Shown here piece by piece: positions 8,715 to 18,967 of a stretch of 64,000 nucleotides of DNA. Below the pieces are notes generated by a model that worked only from the letters and a program-made list of their open reading frames with translations, ran no database searches and had not been told where the DNA came from. Origin of the DNA: Deltaproteobacteria bacterium (GTDB lineage: Bacteria > Myxococcota > Kuafuiibacteriia > Kuafuiibacteriales > Kuafuiibacteriaceae). Where the stretch lies: assembly GCA_040218735.1 (NCBI GenBank), contig JAVJQW010000017.1:64001-128000 (forward strand). The letters are read 5' to 3'. The position numbers and the translations under genes are program-made. The first letter of the stretch is position 1. Every line of letters starts with the position of its first letter.

Positions 8715-11101
8715 GAGTCGAGCGCGGCGATGAGCTCGTCCTTCGTCAGGATGCCCTTCTCGATGAGGAGCCGTCCGAGGGCCAGCACGAGCTGCGCGCG
8801 GTCCGCGCTGCTGAGCGCGTCGTTCGCCATCAGGTCATCGACGAGCCGCACCGCCTCGGCGCTCGGCTCGGGCGCTTCGATGTCGATCGACGGCCCCGAC
8901 TCGGTATCACCCGTCGGCTCGCCCTCGAGCTCGGGGGGCGGCGGCGCCGGCTCCCAGAACGCACCATCGAGCGCCGACAACACCGAGTTGCGATCCACGG
9001 TGTCCTCGGACGGCGTTGGATCGTCCGCCGCCTCTTCGAGGTTGGGAGCGTCGTCCTTGTCGTCGACCGTCGTCTTCTCGCGCGGCGGCGGGACGAACGT
9101 CTCTTCGTCGTAAGGGCTGGGGAGCGGCTCGGCGCCGAGCGCGGCGGTCGCGGCCTCTTCGCGCAAGAGGGCTTGCACGTCGGACGTGTCGATCCGCGGG
9201 TTCGTCGGCTCGTCCTCCGCCTGCGGGGCCTTGGGCGCCGGCGGCTTGGCGACCTGTCGGTTCGACTCGTCGAAGAGCCGCGTCGCCGGGGCGGAGGCGC
9301 CGTCCTGCCACGACCCGAACGGCGCGAGCTCGGCGCCCGTGTCGTCGTTTTTGTTCTCGCTGCTGTCGTCCATCAACGACATCAGGCTCGAAGGCTCGAT
9401 GACCGGCACCCGATCGGCGTCGGAGTCGTCGGACGGGGTCATGCGCGCCGGCGCCTCGGTGCCGAGCTGCTTGGCCTCGACGCTGGGACGCGGCACGTCG
9501 GGCTTCGACGGCTCGGGCTTCGGGAGCTCGGCCTTCGACTGCGGACGCGGGACGACCGGCGCCTCGGTGGGCGGCTCGAACTTGATGACGTCGCTGTCGA
9601 GCGGTTCGAGCGACACCTCTTCGATCGCCGCGATGACGTCCTCGTCGCTCCCGCTCGGCTTCCCGGGCGGAGTCTCGACGAACCGCGCCTTCACCTCGGC
9701 CGGCGACGACGGGATGTCCGAGGCCCCGGCCAACCCGGGCGGACGTGCCTTGTCGGGCGGCGGCGGGACGAACTCCTCACGATCCCAATCGATCGCGGGG
9801 ATGATGCCGGTCTTGTCGAGGCCGACCGGGATCTCGTCGATCCCCGGCCCGTCGAATGGGTGGTGCTCGTCGGCGAACTCCACCGGGACTTCGAGTGTCC
9901 CCGCGAACCGACGACGCTGCTCGGGCGAACGTTTCTCGGGCGGCTGCGTGCGCGCGTCGTGGACACGCATCTGGTGCTGCAGCTCGGCGGCGCCCAGCTC
10001 GCTCAGCTCGAGCTGGCTGGTCTTCAGATCCTCGTCGTCATCCGGCTCGTCGAGCAACGCGAGGTGCTCGAGCGACGCCTCGGTCGTCACCGGGTCCTTC
10101 TTGTCGGCGGCGTCCGCGTCGGAGGCCGCGAAGCTGGCGAGCGGGTTGTCCGGCTCCCCCAGATCGCCGAACGCCTTGACCGCGAGATCCCACTGCCGGT
10201 CGATGTCCGAGACGGGCGCGTCGGCGGCGTCGGAGGATTCGATCTTCCCGAACGGTCCGGGATCGATCCGCGTGCTCACGCTGTCGGGCGGATCGAGATC
10301 CTGCGGCATCACCGGGAGATCTGCGGACGCCTTCGGTTGCGGTGCCGCGGTCTGCGACAAGGAGAGCGCGTCGAGCTCGGGGGGCCGCGCGCTGTCGATC
10401 AGGGTCGCCTGATCGAAGGCCGGGTAACGCGGTCGCGAGGACGACTCCGCGGCCGGCTTCACCGGTTGACCCGTCGGTGTCCCGCGGAGCACGGGGGCCG
10501 CGTCGGGCCGCCCCGAAGCGGTCCCGCCCGCGCGCACCGGCGAGGGCATCGTGGCCCGGGCGGAGAAGTCTTCGTTCTTGCGCAAGGGCGGCGGACGCAC
10601 GGAACCCGTCGCGGCCGGCGGCGGCTTCGGCGCTGCGGGGGCCGCGACGCGTCGGTACTGATTGGCGATCGCGAGATCGAGATCCGAAGCGGTCGCCATC
10701 AACACCCGCACCTGCCGACCGGTGATGCGTTGCACCTCGCCGATCGCTTCGGTGTCGAGCGGGTCGACCATCACGAGGTAGAGCAGCTCCGCCTGGTTCG
10801 TGCGTTTGATCGCGATCGGCAGCACGCCGTAGCGCTGCGCGACGTCGGCGGGGATCAGCTGCAACACCCGCTCGTGGATCTTGAGGTTCGAGACCGTCAC
10901 CGCCTCCAGCCCGAGCTTGGCGGCGACGGCCTTGGTGAGGCGCTCTTCGTCCAGCACGCGCCGGTCGGAGAGGACACGCGGCAAGCGACGCCCCGAGCTC
11001 TTCCCCTCGGCGAGCGCCGCCGTGAGCGTGTCGGGCTCGATGAGGCGCATCTCGACGAGGAGGTCGCCGAGGCGGCTTCGGTCTGGTCGTGGGTTCACCA
11101 T
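8711..11101 (-). CDS. MshEN/GspE-N domain protein with long acidic Pro-rich region, no ATPase
   Basis: N-terminal RLGDLLVEMRLI (degenerate MshEN) plus T2SSE_N-like fold; C-terminal LLIEKGILTKDEL. Confidence 0.75.
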   Translation of the reverse strand: MVNPRPDRSRLGDLLVEMRLIEPDTLTAALAEGKSSGRRLPRVLSDRRVLDEERLTKAVAAKLGLEAVTVSNLKIHERVLQLIPADVAQRYGVLPIAIKRTNQAELLYLVMVDPLDTEAIGEVQRITGRQVRVLMATASDLDLAIANQYRRVAAPAAPKPPPAATGSVRPPPLRKNEDFSARATMPSPVRAGGTASGRPDAAPVLRGTPTGQPVKPAAESSSRPRYPAFDQATLIDSARPPELDALSLSQTAAPQPKASADLPVMPQDLDPPDSVSTRIDPGPFGKIESSDAADAPVSDIDRQWDLAVKAFGDLGEPDNPLASFAASDADAADKKDPVTTEASLEHLALLDEPDDDEDLKTSQLELSELGAAELQHQMRVHDARTQPPEKRSPEQRRRFAGTLEVPVEFADEHHPFDGPGIDEIPVGLDKTGIIPAIDWDREEFVPPPPDKARPPGLAGASDIPSSPAEVKARFVETPPGKPSGSDEDVIAAIEEVSLEPLDSDVIKFEPPTEAPVVPRPQSKAELPKPEPSKPDVPRPSVEAKQLGTEAPARMTPSDDSDADRVPVIEPSSLMSLMDDSSENKNDDTGAELAPFGSWQDGASAPATRLFDESNRQVAKPPAPKAPQAEDEPTNPRIDTSDVQALLREEAATAALGAEPLPSPYDEETFVPPPREKTTVDDKDDAPNLEEAADDPTPSEDTVDRNSVLSALDGAFWEPAPPPPELEGEPTGDTESGPSIDIEAPEPSAEAVRLVDDLMANDALSSADRAQLVLALGRLLIEKGILTKDELIAALDS

Positions 11102-11114
11102 CTCGACGTTTCGT

Positions 11115-11990
11115 TCACCGGCGGTTCACCAGCGAGAGGTACTCGTCGTGCGAGAAGACGCCCTTGTCGATCAAGAGCTCGAGCATCACGCGCAACGCTT
11201 TGGCCTGTTGTTTCTGGGCGCCATCGAGCCGTCCCGCGAGATCCAACGCGCTGCCCGGGATGATCGCCTGCCCCATCGCGGTCGCCTGCAAGCCCGGTTG
11301 CGCGCGAGGGCCGTTGACACCCGGCGGCGTCGACGACGGCGGCGCCGCGCCGTGGTCCGGATCGCTCGCGCTGTGCGTGACGGCGCGTGCCTGCGGGTTC
11401 CAAGGGCCCGGATCGTCCGGGGAGATCGTCGCGGCTTCGTCCGGCATCAGCCCGGAAGCCGCCATGGCCGCGTGGTACTCCGAGTTGATGTGCAGCTCGG
11501 ACGAGGTCTCCGACAGCTCGATCGAATCGGGGAGCTCGATACCGAACTTCGGCACCGGTCGCAGCATCTTCGCAATCGCGGCCTCGATCTCGCGGTGCCC
11601 GGCGATCGTCGTCTCGATCTTCAGGCCGGTGCGAAACCGCAGCTCGTCCATCGCCGTCACGTTCGTCGGATCGGCCGTCGCGACCACCAACACGCGGCGA
11701 CTCTCGTCGTACGCCTCGGGGCACAGCTCGTTGGACTTCGCGAACTGAACGTCGATCTTGTCGACGATCTCCGCGGGCAGCGGACCGCCCGTGAACGTCG
11801 CGCGGCTGACGCCGAGCTGCTTCGAGAGCGCCTTCACCAGCAGGTCCTCGGACACGAAGCTCATGTCGACGAGGATCTTCCCGAGCCGACCGCCCCACTT
11901 CTGCTGTTCGCTCAGGGCCGCCTTCAGCTTCAGCTCGTCGATGACGCCGGCACGCACGAGCAGCTCGCCTAGCCTGATCCTCGTGGCCAT
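11115..11990 (-). CDS. MshEN/GspE-N domain protein, no ATPase
   Basis: Tandem RLGELLVRAGVI...ALSEQ / RLGKILV...ALSKQ motifs; C-terminal LLIDKGVFSHDEY. Confidence 0.85.
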   Translation of the reverse strand: MATRIRLGELLVRAGVIDELKLKAALSEQQKWGGRLGKILVDMSFVSEDLLVKALSKQLGVSRATFTGGPLPAEIVDKIDVQFAKSNELCPEAYDESRRVLVVATADPTNVTAMDELRFRTGLKIETTIAGHREIEAAIAKMLRPVPKFGIELPDSIELSETSSELHINSEYHAAMAASGLMPDEAATISPDDPGPWNPQARAVTHSASDPDHGAAPPSSTPPGVNGPRAQPGLQATAMGQAIIPGSALDLAGRLDGAQKQQAKALRVMLELLIDKGVFSHDEYLSLVNRR

Positions 11991-12093
11991 CGCGGGAGGC
12001 CGAAACCTTAGCGCGAAAATGGGGACAGGGGCCACTTTTGGGGCGCGTCGCGTCCCAATCCAACACGTCGCCTGTCGGCCTACACGCTCCGGG

Positions 12094-12864
12094 TCAGAGC
12101 GGCTCCGCCTCCACACCGTCCGGCGGGACGAGCGTGAACAGGGTCGCGTCGAGGGGCACGTCCACGTCGGCTTCGGTCAGCTTGATGCGCACGTCGAGCC
12201 CGTCCATTCGGATCTCCATCGAGCGCGGCAGCGGTCGTCCGCCGGGCGTCGCCTCGAAGTCGTCGAACTTCACATGCACGCGCTCCGCGTGGTTCGTCGC
12301 GAACAGTTTCATCTCCTCGACCACGCGTTTCACCGGGTCGACCCTCAACCAAACGCGCTCGTCGAGGTTCGAGGTGAGCTCCAGCGCGAGCGCGTCCGTA
12401 TCCTCGATGCGCTCGACCTTCGCGGGATCGAACCGGTCGGACGTCGGCACCCCACCGAGCAGCGTATCCACGACCTCGCTCGCCTTCATCGACAGCGGCA
12501 ACAGGCGCGAGATGTTCTGCGGCGTCGCCCGCCCGGTCTTGAGGCGCCCCTGCGAGAGCAACCATAGGGTCTCGCCGTCACAGGCCATCACGTCGATGGG
12601 CTGCTCCAACGGAGACAGCGTCTCGATCCGAAACCGCCCCGGCCGCTCGGCGAGCAGGACCGCCTTCAGCCGAACCCGCCCCTGATCACCGTAGTAGGTG
12701 ACCCGCCCCAGCGCGCGGAGGTTCTTACGATCGTTGTCGGCCCGCAGCGACTCCAGCAGCGCCGCCGGCTCGGGGAGCGGCCGCATGTCGGTCTGCTCGG
12801 GCGGCGTCTTCGGACACCCGAAGGTTGAAAAGAGGAGAACGGCGATGAGACCCCAGGTCCGCAC
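12094..12864 (-). CDS. LolA/LolB-fold (DUF4292-like) lipoprotein
   Basis: Lipobox TFGC; ERPGRFRIETLSP; C-terminal LDATLFTLVPPDG. Confidence 0.7.
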   Translation of the reverse strand: MRTWGLIAVLLFSTFGCPKTPPEQTDMRPLPEPAALLESLRADNDRKNLRALGRVTYYGDQGRVRLKAVLLAERPGRFRIETLSPLEQPIDVMACDGETLWLLSQGRLKTGRATPQNISRLLPLSMKASEVVDTLLGGVPTSDRFDPAKVERIEDTDALALELTSNLDERVWLRVDPVKRVVEEMKLFATNHAERVHVKFDDFEATPGGRPLPRSMEIRMDGLDVRIKLTEADVDVPLDATLFTLVPPDGVEAEPL

Positions 12865-12915
12865 TTCAAGGGCACCAACAAGCAGAGGACGGCGCGGATG
12901 TCCACGTGCGGGCGA

Positions 12916-14751
12916 TCATCGCGGCTTGGCCATCGACATGCGGCGCTTGAGCTTCTCGACGACGCGGTCCACGTCGGCGCCCCTCCCCAGCACCCGCGCG
13001 CGCACCTGCGCGGCGTACGCGGCCTTCGCGCGGGTGAACGCGGCGCGCGCTTCGTCGTCGCGCTCGAGTGCGACGAGCGCGTCGCCGTAGTGCTCCGCGA
13101 TCCGCGGATCGCGAGGGAGCAAGCGATGCGCACGCGCGAGGAACGGGAGGGCGCGCTCCGGTTTCTTTCGCTTGAAGAGAATGCGCCCGTACGCCGCGAG
13201 CGCCGCCGCGTCGTTGTAGGTGAGCTCGAGCGCCTCGCGCACGAGTCGCTGCGCCTCCGGAAGCGACTCACCGCGCTCCGCGAGGTACCCGCCCCAGAAC
13301 GTCAGGAGCGCGCCGTCGTCGGGGTTGCTCGTCAGCGCGCGCCGCACGGCCTTCTTGACCAGCGCGTCGCGCCCCGCGTCCGCGGCGACCTCGGCGAGGA
13401 GGACGTCGAGGCGACGGTCGTCGACGCCTTCCACCTCGCGCAGCGCGGCGATGCGCTCGAGCGCGTCGTCCAGCGCGACGTGGCGATACGTCAGCCACAC
13501 TTCGCGCTCGATCAACGCCGGGGCCGTCGGGTTCGCCGCGCGCGCCTCGGTGACCATCGCGAGGGCGTCGTCCGCGTGGCCGCGGCGGCTCTGCACCAAC
13601 GCGAGGAGCGCGACGAAGGTCGGGTCGTCCGGCTGGAGCTCGAGCGCCGCGCGCGCCGCGAGCTCGGCGCGATCCAGTTGCCCCATCCGCATGTGCAGAT
13701 GAACGATGCGGCGGCGCGCGTCCCCGAACAGCTCGCCGGGCGCCACGAGCTGCAGCTCGGCGAGCGCGCGCGCGTCGTCGCCGAGGTGATACCGGGCGAG
13801 CCCCACCGCGAAGTCGAGCTGCTGCCGGTTGTCGCTGTGCGTGCGCGCCTTCTCCAGCCGGACCACGGCCTCGGCGTAGCGGCCCTGCTCGAACAGGAGG
13901 TACCCGACGATCCCGTCGGCGCGCGGGTCCTGCATCAGCGCCTCCGCGCGACCGAGATAAGTATGGGCGAGCGCGTCCTCGCCGAGGATCAACTCGGCGC
14001 GCGCCGCGCCGAGGAAGGCGCGGGGATCGACGGGGTCTTGGCCGACGAAGCTCCTGAACCGCTCCGCGGCGCGCTCCGGTTCGAGGAGCCGCTGGTCGAC
14101 CTCGGCGAGGCGCTCGACGAGGTCGAGGCGGCTCGGGTCGCGGCGACGCGCGCGCTCGTAGAGCTGCCGAGCCGCGGCGTACCGACGGCGGGTCGTTTGG
14201 ATCTCCCCGGCCCACGCGAGCGGCTCGGCGCTCTGGGGCACGCGGTTCGCGGCGCGGGCGAGGACGTCGAGCGCCCGGCCATCGCGACCGGCGGCCCGGT
14301 AGATGCGCGCGAGATCCAGCCAGGCGTCGAGCGACGTCGGGTCGACGCGCAGCGCGCGCCTCAACTCGCGGACGGCGCGTTTTTCCTTCCCCTCGGCGAT
14401 CGCGACGGCGGCGGAGACCCGCCACGCCTCGGGATCGCTCCGGCCGAGGACGATCGCCCGGTCGGCGTGACGGCGGGCCTTGGCGACCCGCCCGAGATCG
14501 AGCTGCGCGCGCGCGAGGCGGATCGTGAGGTAGGCGGACTCGGCGTCGTAGACGAGGGCGAGCGAAAGCTCGTCGCTCACCTTCTCGCCGTCGCCGTGGG
14601 CCGCCGCGAGCTCGGCCCGCATCGCGTGGTAGTAGGCCTGGGCGCTGATGTAGCGACCGTGGGCACCACGGCGCGCCGGGCGTGGCCGGGCCTCGGCGTC
14701 GGGGCCGAGCGACAAGGCCACCGCCAGCGCGACGAACGACGCGGCCCTCAC
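12916..14751 (-). CDS. Exported TPR-repeat protein (start approximate)
   Basis: Signal-like N-terminus, repeated TPR helices, C-terminal IAEHYGDAL motif. Confidence 0.8.
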   Translation of the reverse strand: MRAASFVALAVALSLGPDAEARPRPARRGAHGRYISAQAYYHAMRAELAAAHGDGEKVSDELSLALVYDAESAYLTIRLARAQLDLGRVAKARRHADRAIVLGRSDPEAWRVSAAVAIAEGKEKRAVRELRRALRVDPTSLDAWLDLARIYRAAGRDGRALDVLARAANRVPQSAEPLAWAGEIQTTRRRYAAARQLYERARRRDPSRLDLVERLAEVDQRLLEPERAAERFRSFVGQDPVDPRAFLGAARAELILGEDALAHTYLGRAEALMQDPRADGIVGYLLFEQGRYAEAVVRLEKARTHSDNRQQLDFAVGLARYHLGDDARALAELQLVAPGELFGDARRRIVHLHMRMGQLDRAELAARAALELQPDDPTFVALLALVQSRRGHADDALAMVTEARAANPTAPALIEREVWLTYRHVALDDALERIAALREVEGVDDRRLDVLLAEVAADAGRDALVKKAVRRALTSNPDDGALLTFWGGYLAERGESLPEAQRLVREALELTYNDAAALAAYGRILFKRKKPERALPFLARAHRLLPRDPRIAEHYGDALVALERDDEARAAFTRAKAAYAAQVRARVLGRGADVDRVVEKLKRRMSMAKPR

Positions 14752-14822
14752 CCGCGCAACGTACCATCGCCCGATAGCCCCTAACCACCCGAGAACCATC
14801 GGAATCGGCGCCGCCGCGTGCT

Positions 14823-14852
14823 TTGACACGGGTTTCGGCCTGTCGCTATGCT
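14823..14852 (+). promoter_or_regulatory. Sigma70-type promoter for the OmpA-family gene
   Basis: TTGACA-N18-TATGCT, 35 bp upstream of ATG 14888. Confidence 0.55.
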
Positions 14853-14887
14853 CCCGGCGCTCACGGACCTGGGCAGAGCCACTTACA

Positions 14888-17044
14888 ATGCCGAACATTC
14901 GCTCCCTCGCGCCCCTGCTCGTCTCACTGGTGATCCCTGCGACTACGCTCGCGCAGACGCCGGATATTCCGAGCCCTCCACCACCACCTCCGCCGGCGCC
15001 CGCGCCGACGCCGACACCCGCACCCGCGCCGAAGACGACCGAAGCGCCGCCGCCGGAGAAGAAGGCGCCCGCGCCGGAACCGAAGGCGTCCGCGCCGATG
15101 GCCAAGGCCGCGCCCGCGCCGACGCGCGTGACGACGCCCGCCGAAGAACCGCCGGCGAAGGGTCGCTCGGTCGCGGGACGTCTCGCGGTGAGCCCCTCCG
15201 GTTCGACGGGTCTCATTCGGGTCGCCGCCGCGGAGAGCGTCGCACCCAAACTGATCCGCGTATCGTTCGGTCTGGACTTCTTCTCCGTCGGTTCGTTGTT
15301 CGCGGACTCCGACGGCCACTCACGCGTGGGCGGAACGCTCGCGATCTCCGGCTCGCCGGTCGACTACGTGGAGCTGTGGCTGAATACACGGGCGGTCTCG
15401 AACAGCAACGACCTCACCGACCCCACGCTCATCCAGTCTCAGGGTGACGTGGCGCTCGGTATCAAAGGCTTCTACCCGGTCGCGGATCTCGCGAACGTCG
15501 GCCTCGACCTGCAGCTCAAGTTCCTCTCGGGCGTGGGCGCGTCGAGCTTCGACTTCGGCTCCACCGAGCTGCGCGTGCGCGGCCTGCTCACGACGGACCT
15601 CATGCGAGCGACCGAAGAGATCCCGGTTCGCGGCCACCTCAACATCGGCTTCACGCTCGACAACTCCGACAAGCTCGTCCCCGAGGGCGTCGCGCTGACG
15701 GACGCGGAGCGTTTCGCGCTCGGCATCTCCGACTTCAACCGCTTCGAGATCGGCGTCGGCGTCGAGGTCCCGGTGAAGTACGTGACGCCGTACCTCGAGT
15801 ACACCGTCGAGTTCCCGCTGTCGTACCTCGCGACGCCCGGTGTCGTGGTGTCGAGCAACGCGCTTCGTCCGGCGCAGAACACCGTCGGGGTCTCGTCGGA
15901 CATCGCGCGGCCCGCGGTCCAACGTGTCATCCCCCAGCGCATCACCCCCGGCGTTCGGATCACCGCGATCCCGAAGCTGACGCTCGACATCGCGGTCGAG
16001 ATTGGCATCACGCCGGACGTCGGCACCGGCGTGCTCGCGGTGCCGCCGTACAACGTCATCATGCTCGCGTCGTACCCGCTGGATCCGTTCGGCGTGGAGG
16101 ACTCCGGCCGTGGCCCGTCGGGTCCGCCGATCACCGTGCCGGTCATCGTGCCGGAGCAGGTCGAAGCGCCGCCGAGCACCGGTCAGCTCGCGGGTCTCGT
16201 GACCAGCGACAAGGACGGCAAGCCGATCGCGGGCGCGGTGATCACCTTCGACCGCGGCACGCCGGTCGCCTCCGCGGCGGACGGTCGGTTCGTCTCGCAG
16301 CAGATCGAGCCGGGGCCCGTGAAGGTCACGGTGTCGAAGGAAGGCTTCAAGAACGGGACGGGCGAGATGCAGGTCGGCGCAGACGGCACGGTCGAGCTGA
16401 ACGTGGCGCTGGTCCCCGAGATCAAGGAAGGCACCATTCGTGGGCGTGTGCTGGACGACAAGGACCAGCCGATCGGCAACGCGAAGATCGTGGTCGAAGG
16501 TCCGACGAAGAAGACGATCAACGCGAGCGAGTCCGGCGCGTTCGAGCTGAAGGCGCTCGCCGGCCGGTACTCGGTGATGGTCGACGTGCCCGACTACTTC
16601 AAGAAGGCGCGGGAGTTCACGCTCGAGGCGGGCGGCAGCTACGCGGGCGACATCGTCATCCGCAAGCGCCCGGCCGAGGCGGTCGCGGAGCGCAAGGGTG
16701 ACCGCATCGTCGTGAAGGAGACGGTGCACTTCGTCAGCGGCGAAGCGCGCCTCGCGCCGGACGCGGCGGCCCTCCTCGACGGCGTCGTCGACGTCCTCGT
16801 GCAGAGCCCCGACATCAAGCGGCTCCGGATCGAGGGCCACACCGACAACGTCGGGAGCGAAGAGACGAACCTCGACCTGTCGCGCCGTCGCGCGCAGGCT
16901 GTCGTGGACTACTTCGTCGCGCAGGGCATCGACGCTTCGCGGTTGTCCGCGGAGGGCTTCGGTTCGACGCGCCCGATCGCACCGAACCTGACGCGCCGCG
17001 GTCGCGAGCAGAACCGCCGTGTGGAGTTCCACATCGTGCAGTGA
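14888..17044 (+). CDS. OmpA-family protein (beta-barrel, two carboxypeptidase-regulatory-like domains, OmpA_C)
   Basis: Signal peptide, Pro-rich linker, IEGHTDNVG / LSRRRA / NRRVEF peptidoglycan-binding motifs. Confidence 0.9.
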   Translation: MPNIRSLAPLLVSLVIPATTLAQTPDIPSPPPPPPPAPAPTPTPAPAPKTTEAPPPEKKAPAPEPKASAPMAKAAPAPTRVTTPAEEPPAKGRSVAGRLAVSPSGSTGLIRVAAAESVAPKLIRVSFGLDFFSVGSLFADSDGHSRVGGTLAISGSPVDYVELWLNTRAVSNSNDLTDPTLIQSQGDVALGIKGFYPVADLANVGLDLQLKFLSGVGASSFDFGSTELRVRGLLTTDLMRATEEIPVRGHLNIGFTLDNSDKLVPEGVALTDAERFALGISDFNRFEIGVGVEVPVKYVTPYLEYTVEFPLSYLATPGVVVSSNALRPAQNTVGVSSDIARPAVQRVIPQRITPGVRITAIPKLTLDIAVEIGITPDVGTGVLAVPPYNVIMLASYPLDPFGVEDSGRGPSGPPITVPVIVPEQVEAPPSTGQLAGLVTSDKDGKPIAGAVITFDRGTPVASAADGRFVSQQIEPGPVKVTVSKEGFKNGTGEMQVGADGTVELNVALVPEIKEGTIRGRVLDDKDQPIGNAKIVVEGPTKKTINASESGAFELKALAGRYSVMVDVPDYFKKAREFTLEAGGSYAGDIVIRKRPAEAVAERKGDRIVVKETVHFVSGEARLAPDAAALLDGVVDVLVQSPDIKRLRIEGHTDNVGSEETNLDLSRRRAQAVVDYFVAQGIDASRLSAEGFGSTRPIAPNLTRRGREQNRRVEFHIVQ

Positions 17045-17051
17045 GGATGGG

Positions 17052-18224
17052 ATGAGCGGTAACGACAAGCGCGGCGCGGACGCGGGACCGGAGCTGGGCG
17101 CACACACGCCCAAGCGCCGGAGTGACTCGGGGCGAATGCTCGAGGGCAAGGTCAGCCTTCGCGACATGGACCGCCCGCCGCGCCGCGGTCGCCTGCTGAT
17201 CGTGGAGCCCAACGCGGACGTCGCGCGAGTGCTGGAGGTCCGGCTCGCCCGCGACGGCCACGAGGTCGTCATCGTCACCACCGGTAAGGCGGCGCTCGCC
17301 AGCGCGAAGGATCACGCGCCGGACGTCGTGCTGGTCGACCGCGGGGTGTCGGACGTCCCGAGCCTCGACTTGATCGAGCGGCTGCGCGGGATGGCCGAGT
17401 CGATGGAGGTCATCTTGATGACGGTCGACCCGACCACGGAGATCGCCGTCGCGGCGATCGACCGGGGCGCGTTCGACACCGTCGGCAAACCGTTCTCGAA
17501 CCTGAAGCTCGTCACGTCGAAGGTGAACAACGCCGTCGGCAAGGTGCACGCCGAGCGCGACCGCGCGGAGCTCGCGCGGGTGCTCTACGAGCAGACGCAG
17601 GACCTCGCGGAGCGCGAGGCCGAGGCCGAGGCGTCGAAGTCGAGCGACATTCTCCCGGTGCTCACGCACGACGACGACGAGGACGACACCGACACGATCG
17701 ACTTCGACGACATGTCGGGGGTCGACCCGCTCACCGGCATCGCGAACCGCCGCGCGTCGGAGCAGCGCTTCCGGAGCGAGACGGCGCGCGCGCTGCGTTA
17801 CGACCGCCCGCTGTGCATCGCGCTCGCGAGTGTGGATGGGCTCTCGGATCTCATCGAGGCCGAGGGCGGCGACGTCGGCGACGGCGTGCTGCGCGGCATC
17901 GTGCAGCTGTTCATCGGGATGGTGCGCGACGTCGACTTCATCGCGCGCCGCGAGGGCGGCGAGTTCTTCTTCCTGTTCCCGGAGACGACGAAGGAGAACG
18001 GCATCGTCGTCCTGGAGCGCATCCGCGTGCGCATCGCGCAGACGTCGTTCTCGGACGTCGTCGACGGCGACCACGACATCAAGCTGTCGGTCTGCTTCGG
18101 CGTCGCCGGGCTCCCCGCCGACACGATGAACGTGGACCGCCTGGAGCGCGCCGCGGAGACCGCGCTGCGTCACGCAAAGACGATCCAGGACGTGGTCGTC
18201 CCTCACGGCTCCGAAGCCCCGTAG
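17052..18224 (+). CDS. REC + degenerate GGDEF protein
   Basis: REC domain; DPLTGIANRR; RDVD I-site; A-site reads EGGEF. Confidence 0.85.
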   Translation: MSGNDKRGADAGPELGAHTPKRRSDSGRMLEGKVSLRDMDRPPRRGRLLIVEPNADVARVLEVRLARDGHEVVIVTTGKAALASAKDHAPDVVLVDRGVSDVPSLDLIERLRGMAESMEVILMTVDPTTEIAVAAIDRGAFDTVGKPFSNLKLVTSKVNNAVGKVHAERDRAELARVLYEQTQDLAEREAEAEASKSSDILPVLTHDDDEDDTDTIDFDDMSGVDPLTGIANRRASEQRFRSETARALRYDRPLCIALASVDGLSDLIEAEGGDVGDGVLRGIVQLFIGMVRDVDFIARREGGEFFFLFPETTKENGIVVLERIRVRIAQTSFSDVVDGDHDIKLSVCFGVAGLPADTMNVDRLERAAETALRHAKTIQDVVVPHGSEAP

Positions 18225-18334
18225 CGGCCCCCCTGGCCCTTCGATCGGGTTCGACGCGCGGGGCTCGCTCGCGCCGGTGTCTTTTTTCGATCCGCCCCCG
18301 GTAATCGCCCCTCGCCGCATCGTAAGTTGAGGGT

Positions 18335-18967
18335 GTGGGGCCCCGAGAGGGAGTGGGATCGGAGGGCGTCAGCGTCGAGCGACGGCTCCTCCGCATCGTG
18401 CGGCGAGAACCGGCATCGCCGGGGGCCGTGCGGCGCGAAGGGCGAGCGATCGTCAACGAGATCTTCTTTGCGGTGCGGTGGATGGTTCGATCGAAGCTAC
18501 GCGTCTTTCGAACGCAGGCGATGGACGGGATGTCCGAGGAGGACCTCGTTTCCGAGATCGTCCTTGCGCTGATCGACGACGACTGCCGCGCGCTCGAGAA
18601 GTTCGATCCCGAGCGCGGCTCGTTGCGTTCGTTCGTCGCGACGTTCGCCGAGTGGAGGTGCGCCGACATCCACCGCCGCCACAGTCGGCGAGGGGATTTC
18701 GCGGAGCTCGAGAGTGCGCCCGAGCCTCGCGACCCGGCTTACAGCCCGGAGGATTTCGTGCGCGGTCGTCAGGCCGAGCGCGCCGTTCGCAAGCACGTCC
18801 TCTCGAACCTCTCCGCAAACGAACGGCTCGCCTTTGCCCGGTACTACGACGACGAGCTCCCGGGGCCAGAGTTCGCGCGAACGATGGCGTGGAGCCCTGC
18901 TCAGGTCTACCGGTTCACCTATCGCGTCCGGACGCTCGCACGCGCCTTCTTGAGGGACGACGCATGA
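18335..18967 (+). CDS. ECF-like sigma-70 factor (start approximate)
   Basis: Region 2 EDLVSEIVLAL...KFDPERGSLRSFV; region 4 helix-turn-helix; ATGA overlap with next gene. Confidence 0.8.
   Translation: MGPREGVGSEGVSVERRLLRIVRREPASPGAVRREGRAIVNEIFFAVRWMVRSKLRVFRTQAMDGMSEEDLVSEIVLALIDDDCRALEKFDPERGSLRSFVATFAEWRCADIHRRHSRRGDFAELESAPEPRDPAYSPEDFVRGRQAERAVRKHVLSNLSANERLAFARYYDDELPGPEFARTMAWSPAQVYRFTYRVRTLARAFLRDDA

Noticed and set aside
8711-11990. Type II secretion / pilus ATPases (gspE/pilB)
   Set aside because: No Walker motifs; only the N-terminal MshEN-type domains are present
18478-18963. N-terminal extension of the CHAT ORF (1218 aa version)
   Set aside because: Overlaps the sigma gene; ATG 18964 with ATGA coupling is the better start
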